A DNA stretch of 64,000 nucleotides, from the IMG/VR virus record IMGVR_UViG_3300022226_000004, positions 1-64,000 of that record. The stretch is one strand, 5' to 3'. This DNA is from a virus. The notes under the pieces are model-generated. The model was not told the DNA's origin, did no database searches, and was given only the letters and a program-made list of their open reading frames with translations. Shown here one piece after another: positions 1-10,077 of the stretch (its first letter is position 1; each line of letters opens with the position of its first letter). The position numbers were made by a program, and so were the translations under genes.

Positions 1-254
1 ACCGAAAGAGCTACTGCTGAGGCGACTAGGTAGTAGCGTTGGCCAGCGACGTATTGACAGCAACGGCAGCGATAGTGCTGGTAGCCGTGACAGCCGGGAG
101 AGACCGGCATTAACTCCCATGATCACATATAGGTTCAGATATCATGACACGTTAAACAACTGTGAGGCTCACTGCTTAGTTGAGGCTTTGAGCCTAGATC
201 ATGCTTACATTAGATTTTGCATCGCTGCTAGGAACCACGTGCTGAAGGAAGTTT

Positions 255-473
255 ATGAGGATAGACAAAATACTTACACAATATCGCAATGATTTTACCG
301 CAATACTTGTCTGCGAACATTGCGGGCACGAAAGGAAGTTGATGACTGGTTACGACGACGCCAACTATCACCGCAACGTTATCCCCAAAATGCTCTGCGT
401 TGCTTGCTTCAAGGACAGGGCTGGCAATACCAAGGCAGCTAAAACCTTGGCCGAGGGTCATACCCCTTCGTAA
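255..473 (+). CDS. small Zn-ribbon protein
   Basis: 72 aa with CEHC and CVAC pairs; AAGGA upstream; converges on the end of the structural operon. Confidence 0.5.
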   Translation: MRIDKILTQYRNDFTAILVCEHCGHERKLMTGYDDANYHRNVIPKMLCVACFKDRAGNTKAAKTLAEGHTPS

Positions 474-1212
474 GTGAGGCCCGTTCACCAAGAGACCAAG
501 GCTTATGCCTGGCATCCGGAACCCCAAACCTCTCCGCCGCTGACAGATACTCTGCCGGCAGGTTCTGATACCTGCGCAAGAAATAATGTGGGTGGCGTCC
601 TGAATGATCAGTGATCTCTGGGGCAAGGTGGATCCTGTTTTGCAAGGCTGTGTTGCGAATGGAGTCCCAGAACACTTCAACAAACTGGTCGTGATATTGC
701 TTGGCCTCCGATATCTGCTTCTCGTAGGCAGCCTTCAGCCACTCAGCCGTTATCACTGACACCTTCATGAACGCCACGTCCGTCAGCATGGCGAACCTAG
801 CGAACTTCGTGTGCCCACGGTGGATTAGCCTGGGGTCAGGACGGTTCGGAAAGATGGCAGCAAGATTGGGGTTGGCGGCAAACCGCTGCTCCACGATCTC
901 CTTGACCTTAGGGTGGATGATCATGAAGCGCTGCGAGACCTTAATTGCCACGTCTGCGCCCACAGCCTTAGCCAAGGCCAGAGAGTCTAGGTAGCATTGC
1001 ATGTCCCCCTGGAAGTGACCAACCGGAGTCTCGTTGGTGTGGAAATAGCACTGGTGCTTAGCTGCAACGGCTTTAGCTAACGTTGTCTCAGGGGATCGAT
1101 CGTCACGAATCGTTACAGGAAGGTCGTTGCCAAAGACAGCTCTGAGGAAATAGACATTGAGTTCAGTGAAGTGGGTGAACCCAGCCGAACCTACACACGC
1201 AGCATATTTCAT
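439..1212 (-). CDS. putative glycosyltransferase-like (GT-A-like) protein
   Basis: 257 aa; N-terminal strand-helix-strand followed by IRDDRS, resembling the hhDDxS motif of GT-A folds; overlaps the stop of the giant gene. Confidence 0.4.
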   Translation of the reverse strand: MKYAACVGSAGFTHFTELNVYFLRAVFGNDLPVTIRDDRSPETTLAKAVAAKHQCYFHTNETPVGHFQGDMQCYLDSLALAKAVGADVAIKVSQRFMIIHPKVKEIVEQRFAANPNLAAIFPNRPDPRLIHRGHTKFARFAMLTDVAFMKVSVITAEWLKAAYEKQISEAKQYHDQFVEVFWDSIRNTALQNRIHLAPEITDHSGRHPHYFLRRYQNLPAEYLSAAERFGVPDARHKPWSLGERASLTKGYDPRPRF

Positions 1213-4200
1213 AAATCCCTGACGAACCTTCGAGACCGCGAACCCCTTAGCCGGCCAAACTCCCTGCCGCCTCTGGCAAATCTTACCTGGACTAATCCAC
1301 CCCCCAATTGCCTGACCTGCTCCCCAGCGCCAGTTGCAAACGTGAGGCTAACTCCGATGACTTCACCGCCGCGCTTCAATAACTCCTCAGTGCGAAGAAT
1401 CTTCTCCCGTTCATCTGGTCGCATTCTGGCCAATGTGGCTTCGCGTTGGGCAGCACTGATCTTTCCCTTGAAAGCACGGGTGTAAGGGTTGCGCGTGGAG
1501 TAAAGCTGCCTCACTGACTGCTCAGGGTTCGCACGCCCAAGACTTTCGGCAACCGTTAGTGCTTCTTTAAATACCTTCTCGAGTTCATCAAACTCCCCAA
1601 GCATCGCATGATTGATCATGCGGTTTCCATAGGGGGACAAAGGCGTTGAGACCGCACCAACCCGCGTGATTCCAGACGGTGGCTTGAGTAAATCAAAAGG
1701 GCCGTAACGAACAAGAAGCCGCGATGCATTGCCTGCCTCCATGACACCCTTTGTCTCAGGTAGGTTGTTCAGTAAAAGCTGCCCAACCAACGGGTTGATA
1801 GACCGCACCAATCGCCCGGCACCAAATGAGATGTCACCGGTATTCACGACACCACCAACGTAGTCAGCTAAAGCAACTGCTTGATTCTGCGCTAGAATCG
1901 TGGGGTCGAACGCCCTCCGGGTCGGTAGATCATTCAAGGCAACGTTGACCGCCGTAGCAACAAAAGGAATAGCCGAGAAGGCATCGATCAAGAACCCCTT
2001 GGCAATACTCTCAGTGCCCTCTCGCTCCCATGGCTGTCGAGTAGATCGCTCTTGACCAATCAAGGAATACCACATGCGGATCAACTCCTCGGTGCCCTCA
2101 TTCGTCAGAGCGCTGGTGACAAGTGATGACAGAAAGAATGCCCCTACTGAGGCCGGCACGAGAACCTTGGCAGCCGCTGAATTCCTTTCCACTGCACCAC
2201 CCCAAGCGCTCAACTGTCGTGACAACGTATTGAGGTTCCATCCCATCAGAGCAAATGCGATACGGTTGAACGCGCTGCGCCGACTAACCTGCGGGCGATT
2301 GGCTGGCGTCGCCACATTGACCTCTTCCATTGTGATCAATGCCAATGACACCTTCTCCTGCCGCGTAAGCCACGGCACTGACTTCCGGTCTGCAACAGGG
2401 GTTGCCTCAAGCCGAGCATAGTAGTTATTGATCGAGCCTTTGAGATCTATGCCGGCCTTCCCAAACCAGTCAACAATCTCATTCATCGAGGTCTTGTCGA
2501 TGTCACCACCAAACCAAGACGGGACAACGTCTGAAGGTTTGAGATCGGTTATACGGTTTGGCATGCCGCGCCTCAGGTTGTTCAAGAACCGCTTCCTTAG
2601 GTGAGCCTCAAGGAAGTTGGCACCAGAAATTGCTGTGTTCGCCGCTGAAACATTAGCAACCAAGTCACCGACCCGTGGGAAGAAAGGCCTCAACAAGAGG
2701 TGAGCATGGAAATCAACAAACGCCAGGAAGCCCTTGCCTGTCTTGCTGACGAAATTGGCGATAGGGCGAGACCTGTCCTCAATACCCTCAGCGGAGATCT
2801 GCCCCCACGTTGACAAGCTCTCAGCCATTGAATCCATGTGATCCTTGTGAGCCATCGGCATATCAAAGCCGCGCTCTCTCAACTCGCGGAAGACATTGGA
2901 CCTCTGAAAGTTGGCGTTCGAAAGATCCTCTATCGACCTGGCAAGTAAGCTGGACTCAGCTAGCAAAGCAGATCGAACAAACTCTTTCCATGCCTTGCTC
3001 GCACGCCCGCGCATGGCTGCGCTTCCCACGTTCTGAACCCCTTCCCATAATATCCCAGCTGATTCCGGAATACGGACAAGCGACTTAGCTGCTGCTGCCG
3101 GGAGGTCAACAGCAAGGCCGCCCAGCCCAGTCACCATGCTTTTCGTGATGCTCCCTAATGCCCACCCGTAAGACCGGAGAGTAGCATTGGTCAGTCTTGA
3201 CATGCGCTGACCAGTATAGAATAGCCCTCCCTGAAAGGCGTTTCTGATCATGGTCGGAACGCCAGTCAGCACTTGCCCGATCATCACACCAGAGAGCCTG
3301 TTGAGGAAGACGGTTTCATCTTCCGCCATTCGGCCGCCCGGACGGAAGTTAGCCTCTAGGTCAATCAGGAATCTCTCTATGCTCTGGATATCTGACTGAA
3401 GCTTGTCGTATTCAACAGTGTCATCGCCTGCCGCAAGCCTCTGACGCTCCAGCTTTCTCTGCCTGAGACGGGCTGTAGCTTCGTTTACTCGCTCTCCAGT
3501 AGGTTGGTTCCGGCCTTCATTAAGTGCAGCGCTCCGCGAAGCCTGCTCTGCCTTCAGGGCATCCGCAACAGATCTAGCTGAGTTGACAATCTCATCAAAG
3601 AACCTGCTGGATCCATTCAGTCTGAAGTTAGCGATGTCGGCTGTCCCACGGAACCCATAGTTGTAGAACCAGTAGTGCCCCAGCCTGCGCCCTCGCCCCT
3701 TAGTGAAGCTGTTGGCGCTCTCCATGAGCTTTGCGTCCACCTTGTTGCTATCAGGCTCAAGTGGGCGAGCCGCAAACTTTTCAACCCTGAGCACCATGTT
3801 GCGGATCTCGCGTCTGAAATTGGTGGCACCACCAAAGTCTGGGTCTCCAGTGGTTCGCTCATTGATAAACGAATCCAGTTCAGCCATGGACACAATCTCG
3901 CCCCTGCGTATTTGCTCTGCTGCCTCAAGATAGATCTCATCTAACCCGGTGCGCTCCGAATAATCAGAAGAGCGATCAGTCAAGAACGGCAGCACGAACT
4001 CCCCGAAGTGAGCATTGAGCAAGTCATCAATCTTCGTTGAGTCCTTCGCATCGTGAAGCTTCTTGTAGATCCTGGAGAACTCCAAGGCAGTAGGGTTAAA
4101 CCTACGGAAGAGCAATCGCTCTCCAATCCTCAGGGGTTTGCGTCTGATCGTAACACCTGGAATCCATTCGCTCTCAACCAGCGAATCCACAAGGAAGGTC

Positions 4201-7200
4201 TTGTTCGCTCTGGTATCAATGCGGTGCGCCTCATCCGTGCTCCGGGCCTGGATTTCCAGTGCTGCAATGTCCTCCCTGGTGACAGTGAGGCCTGAATCCG
4301 GTAGCACATCCCCGGCAGCGAAGGTTACGCCCTGGGTCTGGCTTCGCGCAAAGAGTTCCCGACCGATACGCTCATACCAATCAGCAACAAGCTCGACCGC
4401 ATTAGGGTCTCTTACATCCCTGAATTCCCTGGGGTCAGTCTCGAGATCCAAAGCATGCGAGCGAGAGGCTCGGAATAACGCCACTATAATCTTCGGAGCC
4501 GCATTAGCCTGCCATTGACCGAACTTGATGTGGCTGTCAACCCACGTCTGCATTGCCACCTTTGCTGGCTGGACAGCCCTGACGCCAATCTGCCGGACAA
4601 GCCCTTCCCAAATCTGAAGGGTATTGTTTACCATGGATGCGACCCCACCAAGGTTGAACACGTAATTGCGACCGAAATCAGTGGCCATGGATGACCTTGT
4701 CATGAATGACGCGAAGTCAAACCATGCTTGCCAGAACTTGCGCTCAGGCTTCTGAAGGTTGTCAGCGTTAGCGAGCCACTCACCGATCTTGTTCAAGGCC
4801 TCGTTGGCGGAGACCTGGGCAGCGTTCCATCTCTCAGTGTCGGAATCAAAATCAACCCGGTATGTCTCGCCGGCCGGAGTCGGAATGATAATGCTGGCAC
4901 CGTGCTGGGGTAGCCCGATCTTCTCCCATGCGGACGGGACAAAGATCTCTCCGGTATCCCTGGCAACTAGCTGCCTGAAAGCCAGCCACTCTGGATCAGT
5001 GGTCAGCCTGGTGGTGAACTCAACTCCGGTGTTCAAGACGTTAAACCGATTGATTGCCCGCCTGATCCTGCGGTTGGCTGTCCGATAGAGATGGGCAGCC
5101 CGATCAAGGTCACTCTGCACCCGCCCAGAGAAGTTGATAAGACGATTGACCTCGGCCATGTCGCCGGCTCTCAGACTGGCAGCCAAGCGCGTGGCAAGTC
5201 CGCCTGCCGCTGCGACAATATTGTCACTAGTGGCATAGTTCTGGGCCAGTAGCTCAGCCCTGTGCTTCGTGTTCCTAGCTAGCCAAAGCAAGGCAACATC
5301 CGTGATCACCTTTCGATCGCCACCTTCAAGTAGCCTAGGTGCAACACGCTGAATCACGGAAGCAATATCCCCTGCCTCAAATGTATCCGGTGACATCAGC
5401 ATGGCAGCCCCCTGGTTGTCACCCTCCATAGCTTCGGTCATCAGCTCCACCTTCTGGGCTATGCCACCAGAAACTTCAGCAGCATGCTCCCAGAATCGAC
5501 GCTCCAATAGCGCTTGCTCAACCTGTGACTCGCTTGCGCCATCCTTTTTGGCAGCGTTAATTGCAGCCGCAATCCCTGTGTCAATCTGAGTCCGCAGGGA
5601 TAAGCTGAGCGCCTCCTGGTCGAAGATGGTTTGACGCGCTGTGATAGCTTGCTCTACCAGTTCGGCAAACTTTGGCGAGGTCAGTCTTTCGGCAAGGGTG
5701 TTCCTCTTGTGCACCAGCCTGTCATGCTTGTGCTCATAGAACCTGATCCCGGACAGCATGTTGTTCTTCAGGACTTCAGCCAACGCAGGCGGCAGGTCCC
5801 GAATTGCAGTCTGGTAGGTTTGAGGATCCACGTTGAACGTAGCGCGAATCGCTTCGTTGGTCTCGTGTAGATTAGCTAGCCCGATATCTCGTTGCACAGC
5901 CTCAGTCACTTCGAAGCCGTCATTTCGCATGTCGTCCACTACCCGAGTGAACGCATCCGAAAGCGTGGCATTAGTCGTTGCGAAGATTGTCCCAAGCGAC
6001 CGTCGCGCCGGGGCCAGGGCAAAGCTGAACTCCTGCAGAACCTGCTGCTTAGTTAATGCTAAGTTGGCAATCGGTGCCCGCTTGTTGATTTCGCTTAGGG
6101 CGCCCCCTCTGGCACTGACATCGAATTCACCATTACGCAGCTTTGACAAGACGGAGTCGAAGAAGGCATCTCGAGACCGGTCAACAGATCTGAAAACCTG
6201 CTTGAGCGCCAACACGAATTGATCGAAGAAATTCTTCAGCCAGTCAATGATGCCAGACATCGTTGGGCCGCTCCTGGCTTTCGCTGCAGCCTCAGTAAGG
6301 TGATGGGCTACGAACTCATCATCGTTGATCAACGGGTAGAGATTCGCTAGCTCCGCTGCATTCGGCAACCTGGCGAATTGAGCTGACGTGATCTCGCCAC
6401 CATTCCGATCCAGCTCAGCAAGAAAGTCTTTGGTTCTTTGGTTTGCCTCAGGTGAAGCTCTGAGCGTCTCGATCTCCCTAGCCCTGAACCCAGAAACCTC
6501 TGCGCGAAATGATCGCGGCAAGAAGGTCGCGGCAGCATGAGCAAACTCCTCGGCAACGCCCGTTGCGGAACTGGAGCCAGCGGAAACCTTGATCAATCTA
6601 AGGGCATCAACAAATGTCCCGCCGAATTCAACAGATGAACCAACAACGGTTTGCCTGCCGGGCTGAATAACGAACGTCAGGCCCTCAAGATATTTCGGGT
6701 TCATGTGCTCCAGGAAGCTGATAGCTGTTTCCCTGGCAGAACCTGATAGCCCGTTATTAGGCGCGGATACTAGTTCAAGGATCTGATCCCTTCCAGTTGC
6801 CGGTTGGTTCAGTAAGGCCGGGTCAACGGAGCTGAGCTGAACAACCTCTGTCCCGCGCAAAGAAGCCAACGCATTGGGATCAACCCGCAGCGTATCCCTG
6901 ATCGCCTCTATGGCGTCAGCTATTGCACCCTGAACATCCTCGCCAGGTGCAATGGGCGTTAGTAATTCAACGATCTTCTCCCTTGCCTCAACCCAGAAGG
7001 CATCATCTTCAGGGTCGTGATCAGTTAGTGCATCCGCAAGCTCTGGATCTATCTGCTCGAACCGCTGGACAAAGCTTGTGGCTATACGGGCATCGCTCCG
7101 CGCCTCAGCATTTGTGAACCCTGGGGACTCTACTTCTGCAGGCTCGGCGCCAAAACCCTGCTCCGACAGCTGCGTGGTAGCCTCTTGCTCATCCTCTGCC

Positions 7201-10076
7201 ACCGTGGTAGGCGCAGCAGCTGCAGCAAAGCTTCCTGAAGCAGCAGCTTCGTTTAACGACACAAGCCTTGCATCCTGCCCGAGAAGACCGAAACCTCGCT
7301 TGCCTTTGCCTGCCTGCTTGAGTTCGGAGCCCGGCAGCAAAATATCCTTTTCTCTGGCATCAACTGGAACGAACTGAGATACGTCATTAAGAATCTTGTT
7401 GGACAGGTAGAACCCCTTGGTTGTTGCGGCAGGAATCCACTCTTCAACCAAGCCAGCCTCGATGAGGGGCTGCAGAGGGATGCGAGCAACGGACTTCAGC
7501 TTTGAGCTAGTCTTCTCCTTTGCTCTGAGCACAACCGATCGAACCCCCTTGGTAGTCTGCACCGCCATCCACGTTGCAACAGGATCCCCGGTCTCCCCAT
7601 CAATCAAGACATCGCCGACATCAACGTGGGTTGCATCTCTGACCGTCGCTCTATTCTGGTGGCGCCGAGGCAGATTCTTGTATTCGCTGCTGTTCGGAGA
7701 AAATGACTTCGTGCTTCTAATCCTGAATTCAAAACCCTCCTTGGCTGGGGGAAGCAAGTCAGCCACATGATCAGGAACTTGCTGGGCTACACCCTCCACT
7801 GGTTGGGGAGCCGGTGGAGCTGCAGGCGCAGGAATATCTACGGCCTCCAGATCCTCTTGAGTTAATGCACCCTGGCTGCCCTCACGCTGATTCTGCAACC
7901 CTCCGCTTCCTGTGTTCGTAGCTGCTTCAATCGCCTCACGGAAGAACTGAAGCTGAGGGGTCAGCTCAACGACTGTGTCTGTGTCTTTCTTGGTTCGAGC
8001 AACTTGAATCCGGTTTCGAACAGAAGCTCTAGCAGAAGTAATGGCAGCCAAGTCGTCCCTGGTTTTAACCCGGAGCCCAAGGTTTCTTGCCTGTCCTGTC
8101 AGCGTCCTGCCTTCTGAAGCCCTGCCAGGAGTAGCCACTTCCTCGGCTATGCTCGCAACGTTCTCCTTGGTTATCTCTTCGAGACCCTGAGGGGCAGGGG
8201 CAACCTTTGACGGTTGAGGCTTAGCTGGCTTCTTGAGGTTGGTTTGCCATTCATCAACTGTCGGCAAGCCAATGACACTGTAGCCATGAAGCTCGAGCTG
8301 CTTTGCCCCAAGCGTGTTGCCGGGCGTATTCTCCGCCCATGTGCCGTCAACCACTAAGCTAGGCAATGGCGTGGTCACGCTGACCAATGCCTCGGTGGGG
8401 TCAAAACCCTGCGGAGCAAGAGCCTCAGCTATCCTGATCCCTTCCTCTCCCCGAGCCGTGTTATCTTCATACCCCTCGAACCTGGCCTGAACCACTTCAC
8501 CGGTCTGAGGGTTCATAACCATGACGGTTTGTTGACCAGGTCGATTGTTCGGGAGGCTGATCACTTCATTCGGGTCAGCCGGCGCCGGCTTTGAACTGGA
8601 TTGGATTCTGGCCGCTATTGCTTGGGGCGAGTTCGCTAGCTCCTGAAGTTTCCCAAAGTCAGTATCATTGACGACTGGCTCAGCTACGGCCGCTGCCGCT
8701 TTTCCCTGCGTTCCCTCCTGTGTCGGAGGTTCTGAATCAACATCAGACGGTAGCGGCGGAGCCGGCTGGGATCTGAGGTCCTCTTCGCGTTCAACAATCT
8801 CTTCAACATGTGCTTCCGTGGGTGCTTCGGACGCAGGAACAGAGGTTGGAGGTGGTAGCAACCTAGTAGCCCGCCTGTCTTGTGGTTCGGGTTGACTTAC
8901 TTCCGTCCCGGCAGTTGCCTCTCGTTGAGCTCGTCGCCTTGCCCTGACACCACGGGCAACTTCCCGTCTCGTTAGGTCATCATCAACTAATGGATCACTA
9001 GGCGCACGAATGAAAGCTGGGGCGCCAGCACCGTTAGGCCCAAAAACATCGTCACCGAATTGCTGCCGGAACTGCTCAATCGTCTCGTCAATTTGCTCGG
9101 GGCGACCCTTGATTCGTTGTGCAATTTGAATAGGGGTCTCGACAGCTCCACCTAGTCCAGCCCCAAGGCCCATAGCAAATGCCATCTGGACAGCCAGATC
9201 ATCCGCCGTGAGATCAGGGTTGACCAATGCCTTCTGGTTTACCCACTGCAGAAATTCGTCTGTCGCCTCCTCAATCCCTTCCAGCCCAGCCTGATTGACG
9301 ATATTGCGGAACGCCGACTGGAAAGCAGGTTTGCCGATAGGGCGAGTGAGTCGCTCAACACCAGTCGCTCCAAACAGCCTGGTCGTTAGTCCTGTCGCTA
9401 AGCCGCCTACAATACCTGGGAGCACAGCCATGCGCTCAGCTCTGTCTTGCGACAAGCCTTGCTCAAGGAAATAATCCTTCGACTCCTCGAAGCTGAGACC
9501 ACCTGAGAGCAGCGCGGAAAACCCAACGGCTCCAGCCATGCCGCCAACGGCCGCAGCTGGGATAGACGGTGCACTCAACAGCGCGGCAGTCGCTCCTTCT
9601 TTTGCAATGCGCCCAGCTGGGCCAGAGTTGATTCCTTCCGAAGCCTCGGCAAGCTCTGCTAATTGGAGATCACTTCCGCGAGACAATCGGCGGCCATGTT
9701 CCTTTAAAGCCTCGCTGCCGATGACATTGCCTAGCAGTGTCTCGCCTCCACCAAAGGCTTTAACTGCTAACGGCGCCGCAGCCTCAGCGCCCAGCATTGC
9801 TTGAGTAGTGAGCGTCTTAAATGAATCGGACGGTTGGTTCAGGCGTTTGCGTTCACCCTCAAGCCTGGCGCGACGCATGTCTTGCCCAAACTGTTTCCCC
9901 TCGTCGGTCTCGAGAAAGCCAGTGAAGGCTTGTTTGAATCTCTCTTCAGCAGGTGTAGCTGAAAGCGCCTCTCGAACCTGGCGCAGGGCATTAGGCGGGA
10001 TGCTATCTAGGGATGGATCCGCATCACGGTTTGCGGTCGGATCATCTGAGTTAATCGTAGCAAATGGAGTTGCCAT
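1209..10076 (-). CDS. giant internal virion/ejection (polyvalent-type) protein, ~2955 aa
   Basis: Last of three genes after nozzle and GNAT (T7 gp14-16 / P22 gp7-20-16 position); Gly/Ala hydrophobic segments near both ends, EGIEEATDE motif, zincin-like EEFAH...DEFVAH; ATG at 10076 abuts the upstream stop. Confidence 0.7.
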   Translation of the reverse strand: MATPFATINSDDPTANRDADPSLDSIPPNALRQVREALSATPAEERFKQAFTGFLETDEGKQFGQDMRRARLEGERKRLNQPSDSFKTLTTQAMLGAEAAAPLAVKAFGGGETLLGNVIGSEALKEHGRRLSRGSDLQLAELAEASEGINSGPAGRIAKEGATAALLSAPSIPAAAVGGMAGAVGFSALLSGGLSFEESKDYFLEQGLSQDRAERMAVLPGIVGGLATGLTTRLFGATGVERLTRPIGKPAFQSAFRNIVNQAGLEGIEEATDEFLQWVNQKALVNPDLTADDLAVQMAFAMGLGAGLGGAVETPIQIAQRIKGRPEQIDETIEQFRQQFGDDVFGPNGAGAPAFIRAPSDPLVDDDLTRREVARGVRARRRAQREATAGTEVSQPEPQDRRATRLLPPPTSVPASEAPTEAHVEEIVEREEDLRSQPAPPLPSDVDSEPPTQEGTQGKAAAAVAEPVVNDTDFGKLQELANSPQAIAARIQSSSKPAPADPNEVISLPNNRPGQQTVMVMNPQTGEVVQARFEGYEDNTARGEEGIRIAEALAPQGFDPTEALVSVTTPLPSLVVDGTWAENTPGNTLGAKQLELHGYSVIGLPTVDEWQTNLKKPAKPQPSKVAPAPQGLEEITKENVASIAEEVATPGRASEGRTLTGQARNLGLRVKTRDDLAAITSARASVRNRIQVARTKKDTDTVVELTPQLQFFREAIEAATNTGSGGLQNQREGSQGALTQEDLEAVDIPAPAAPPAPQPVEGVAQQVPDHVADLLPPAKEGFEFRIRSTKSFSPNSSEYKNLPRRHQNRATVRDATHVDVGDVLIDGETGDPVATWMAVQTTKGVRSVVLRAKEKTSSKLKSVARIPLQPLIEAGLVEEWIPAATTKGFYLSNKILNDVSQFVPVDAREKDILLPGSELKQAGKGKRGFGLLGQDARLVSLNEAAASGSFAAAAAPTTVAEDEQEATTQLSEQGFGAEPAEVESPGFTNAEARSDARIATSFVQRFEQIDPELADALTDHDPEDDAFWVEAREKIVELLTPIAPGEDVQGAIADAIEAIRDTLRVDPNALASLRGTEVVQLSSVDPALLNQPATGRDQILELVSAPNNGLSGSARETAISFLEHMNPKYLEGLTFVIQPGRQTVVGSSVEFGGTFVDALRLIKVSAGSSSATGVAEEFAHAAATFLPRSFRAEVSGFRAREIETLRASPEANQRTKDFLAELDRNGGEITSAQFARLPNAAELANLYPLINDDEFVAHHLTEAAAKARSGPTMSGIIDWLKNFFDQFVLALKQVFRSVDRSRDAFFDSVLSKLRNGEFDVSARGGALSEINKRAPIANLALTKQQVLQEFSFALAPARRSLGTIFATTNATLSDAFTRVVDDMRNDGFEVTEAVQRDIGLANLHETNEAIRATFNVDPQTYQTAIRDLPPALAEVLKNNMLSGIRFYEHKHDRLVHKRNTLAERLTSPKFAELVEQAITARQTIFDQEALSLSLRTQIDTGIAAAINAAKKDGASESQVEQALLERRFWEHAAEVSGGIAQKVELMTEAMEGDNQGAAMLMSPDTFEAGDIASVIQRVAPRLLEGGDRKVITDVALLWLARNTKHRAELLAQNYATSDNIVAAAGGLATRLAASLRAGDMAEVNRLINFSGRVQSDLDRAAHLYRTANRRIRRAINRFNVLNTGVEFTTRLTTDPEWLAFRQLVARDTGEIFVPSAWEKIGLPQHGASIIIPTPAGETYRVDFDSDTERWNAAQVSANEALNKIGEWLANADNLQKPERKFWQAWFDFASFMTRSSMATDFGRNYVFNLGGVASMVNNTLQIWEGLVRQIGVRAVQPAKVAMQTWVDSHIKFGQWQANAAPKIIVALFRASRSHALDLETDPREFRDVRDPNAVELVADWYERIGRELFARSQTQGVTFAAGDVLPDSGLTVTREDIAALEIQARSTDEAHRIDTRANKTFLVDSLVESEWIPGVTIRRKPLRIGERLLFRRFNPTALEFSRIYKKLHDAKDSTKIDDLLNAHFGEFVLPFLTDRSSDYSERTGLDEIYLEAAEQIRRGEIVSMAELDSFINERTTGDPDFGGATNFRREIRNMVLRVEKFAARPLEPDSNKVDAKLMESANSFTKGRGRRLGHYWFYNYGFRGTADIANFRLNGSSRFFDEIVNSARSVADALKAEQASRSAALNEGRNQPTGERVNEATARLRQRKLERQRLAAGDDTVEYDKLQSDIQSIERFLIDLEANFRPGGRMAEDETVFLNRLSGVMIGQVLTGVPTMIRNAFQGGLFYTGQRMSRLTNATLRSYGWALGSITKSMVTGLGGLAVDLPAAAAKSLVRIPESAGILWEGVQNVGSAAMRGRASKAWKEFVRSALLAESSLLARSIEDLSNANFQRSNVFRELRERGFDMPMAHKDHMDSMAESLSTWGQISAEGIEDRSRPIANFVSKTGKGFLAFVDFHAHLLLRPFFPRVGDLVANVSAANTAISGANFLEAHLRKRFLNNLRRGMPNRITDLKPSDVVPSWFGGDIDKTSMNEIVDWFGKAGIDLKGSINNYYARLEATPVADRKSVPWLTRQEKVSLALITMEEVNVATPANRPQVSRRSAFNRIAFALMGWNLNTLSRQLSAWGGAVERNSAAAKVLVPASVGAFFLSSLVTSALTNEGTEELIRMWYSLIGQERSTRQPWEREGTESIAKGFLIDAFSAIPFVATAVNVALNDLPTRRAFDPTILAQNQAVALADYVGGVVNTGDISFGAGRLVRSINPLVGQLLLNNLPETKGVMEAGNASRLLVRYGPFDLLKPPSGITRVGAVSTPLSPYGNRMINHAMLGEFDELEKVFKEALTVAESLGRANPEQSVRQLYSTRNPYTRAFKGKISAAQREATLARMRPDEREKILRTEELLKRGGEVIGVSLTFATGAGEQVRQLGGGLVQVRFARGGREFGRLRGSRSRRFVRDL

Positions 10077-10077
10077 T

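Noticed and set aside
88-110. Cobalamin riboswitch B12 box
   Set aside because: Only a partial resemblance; the other conserved core elements are not visible
1209-10076. Tape-measure protein
   Set aside because: No tail tube or chaperone genes and no TMP-like periodic repeats; context is podoviral ejection proteins
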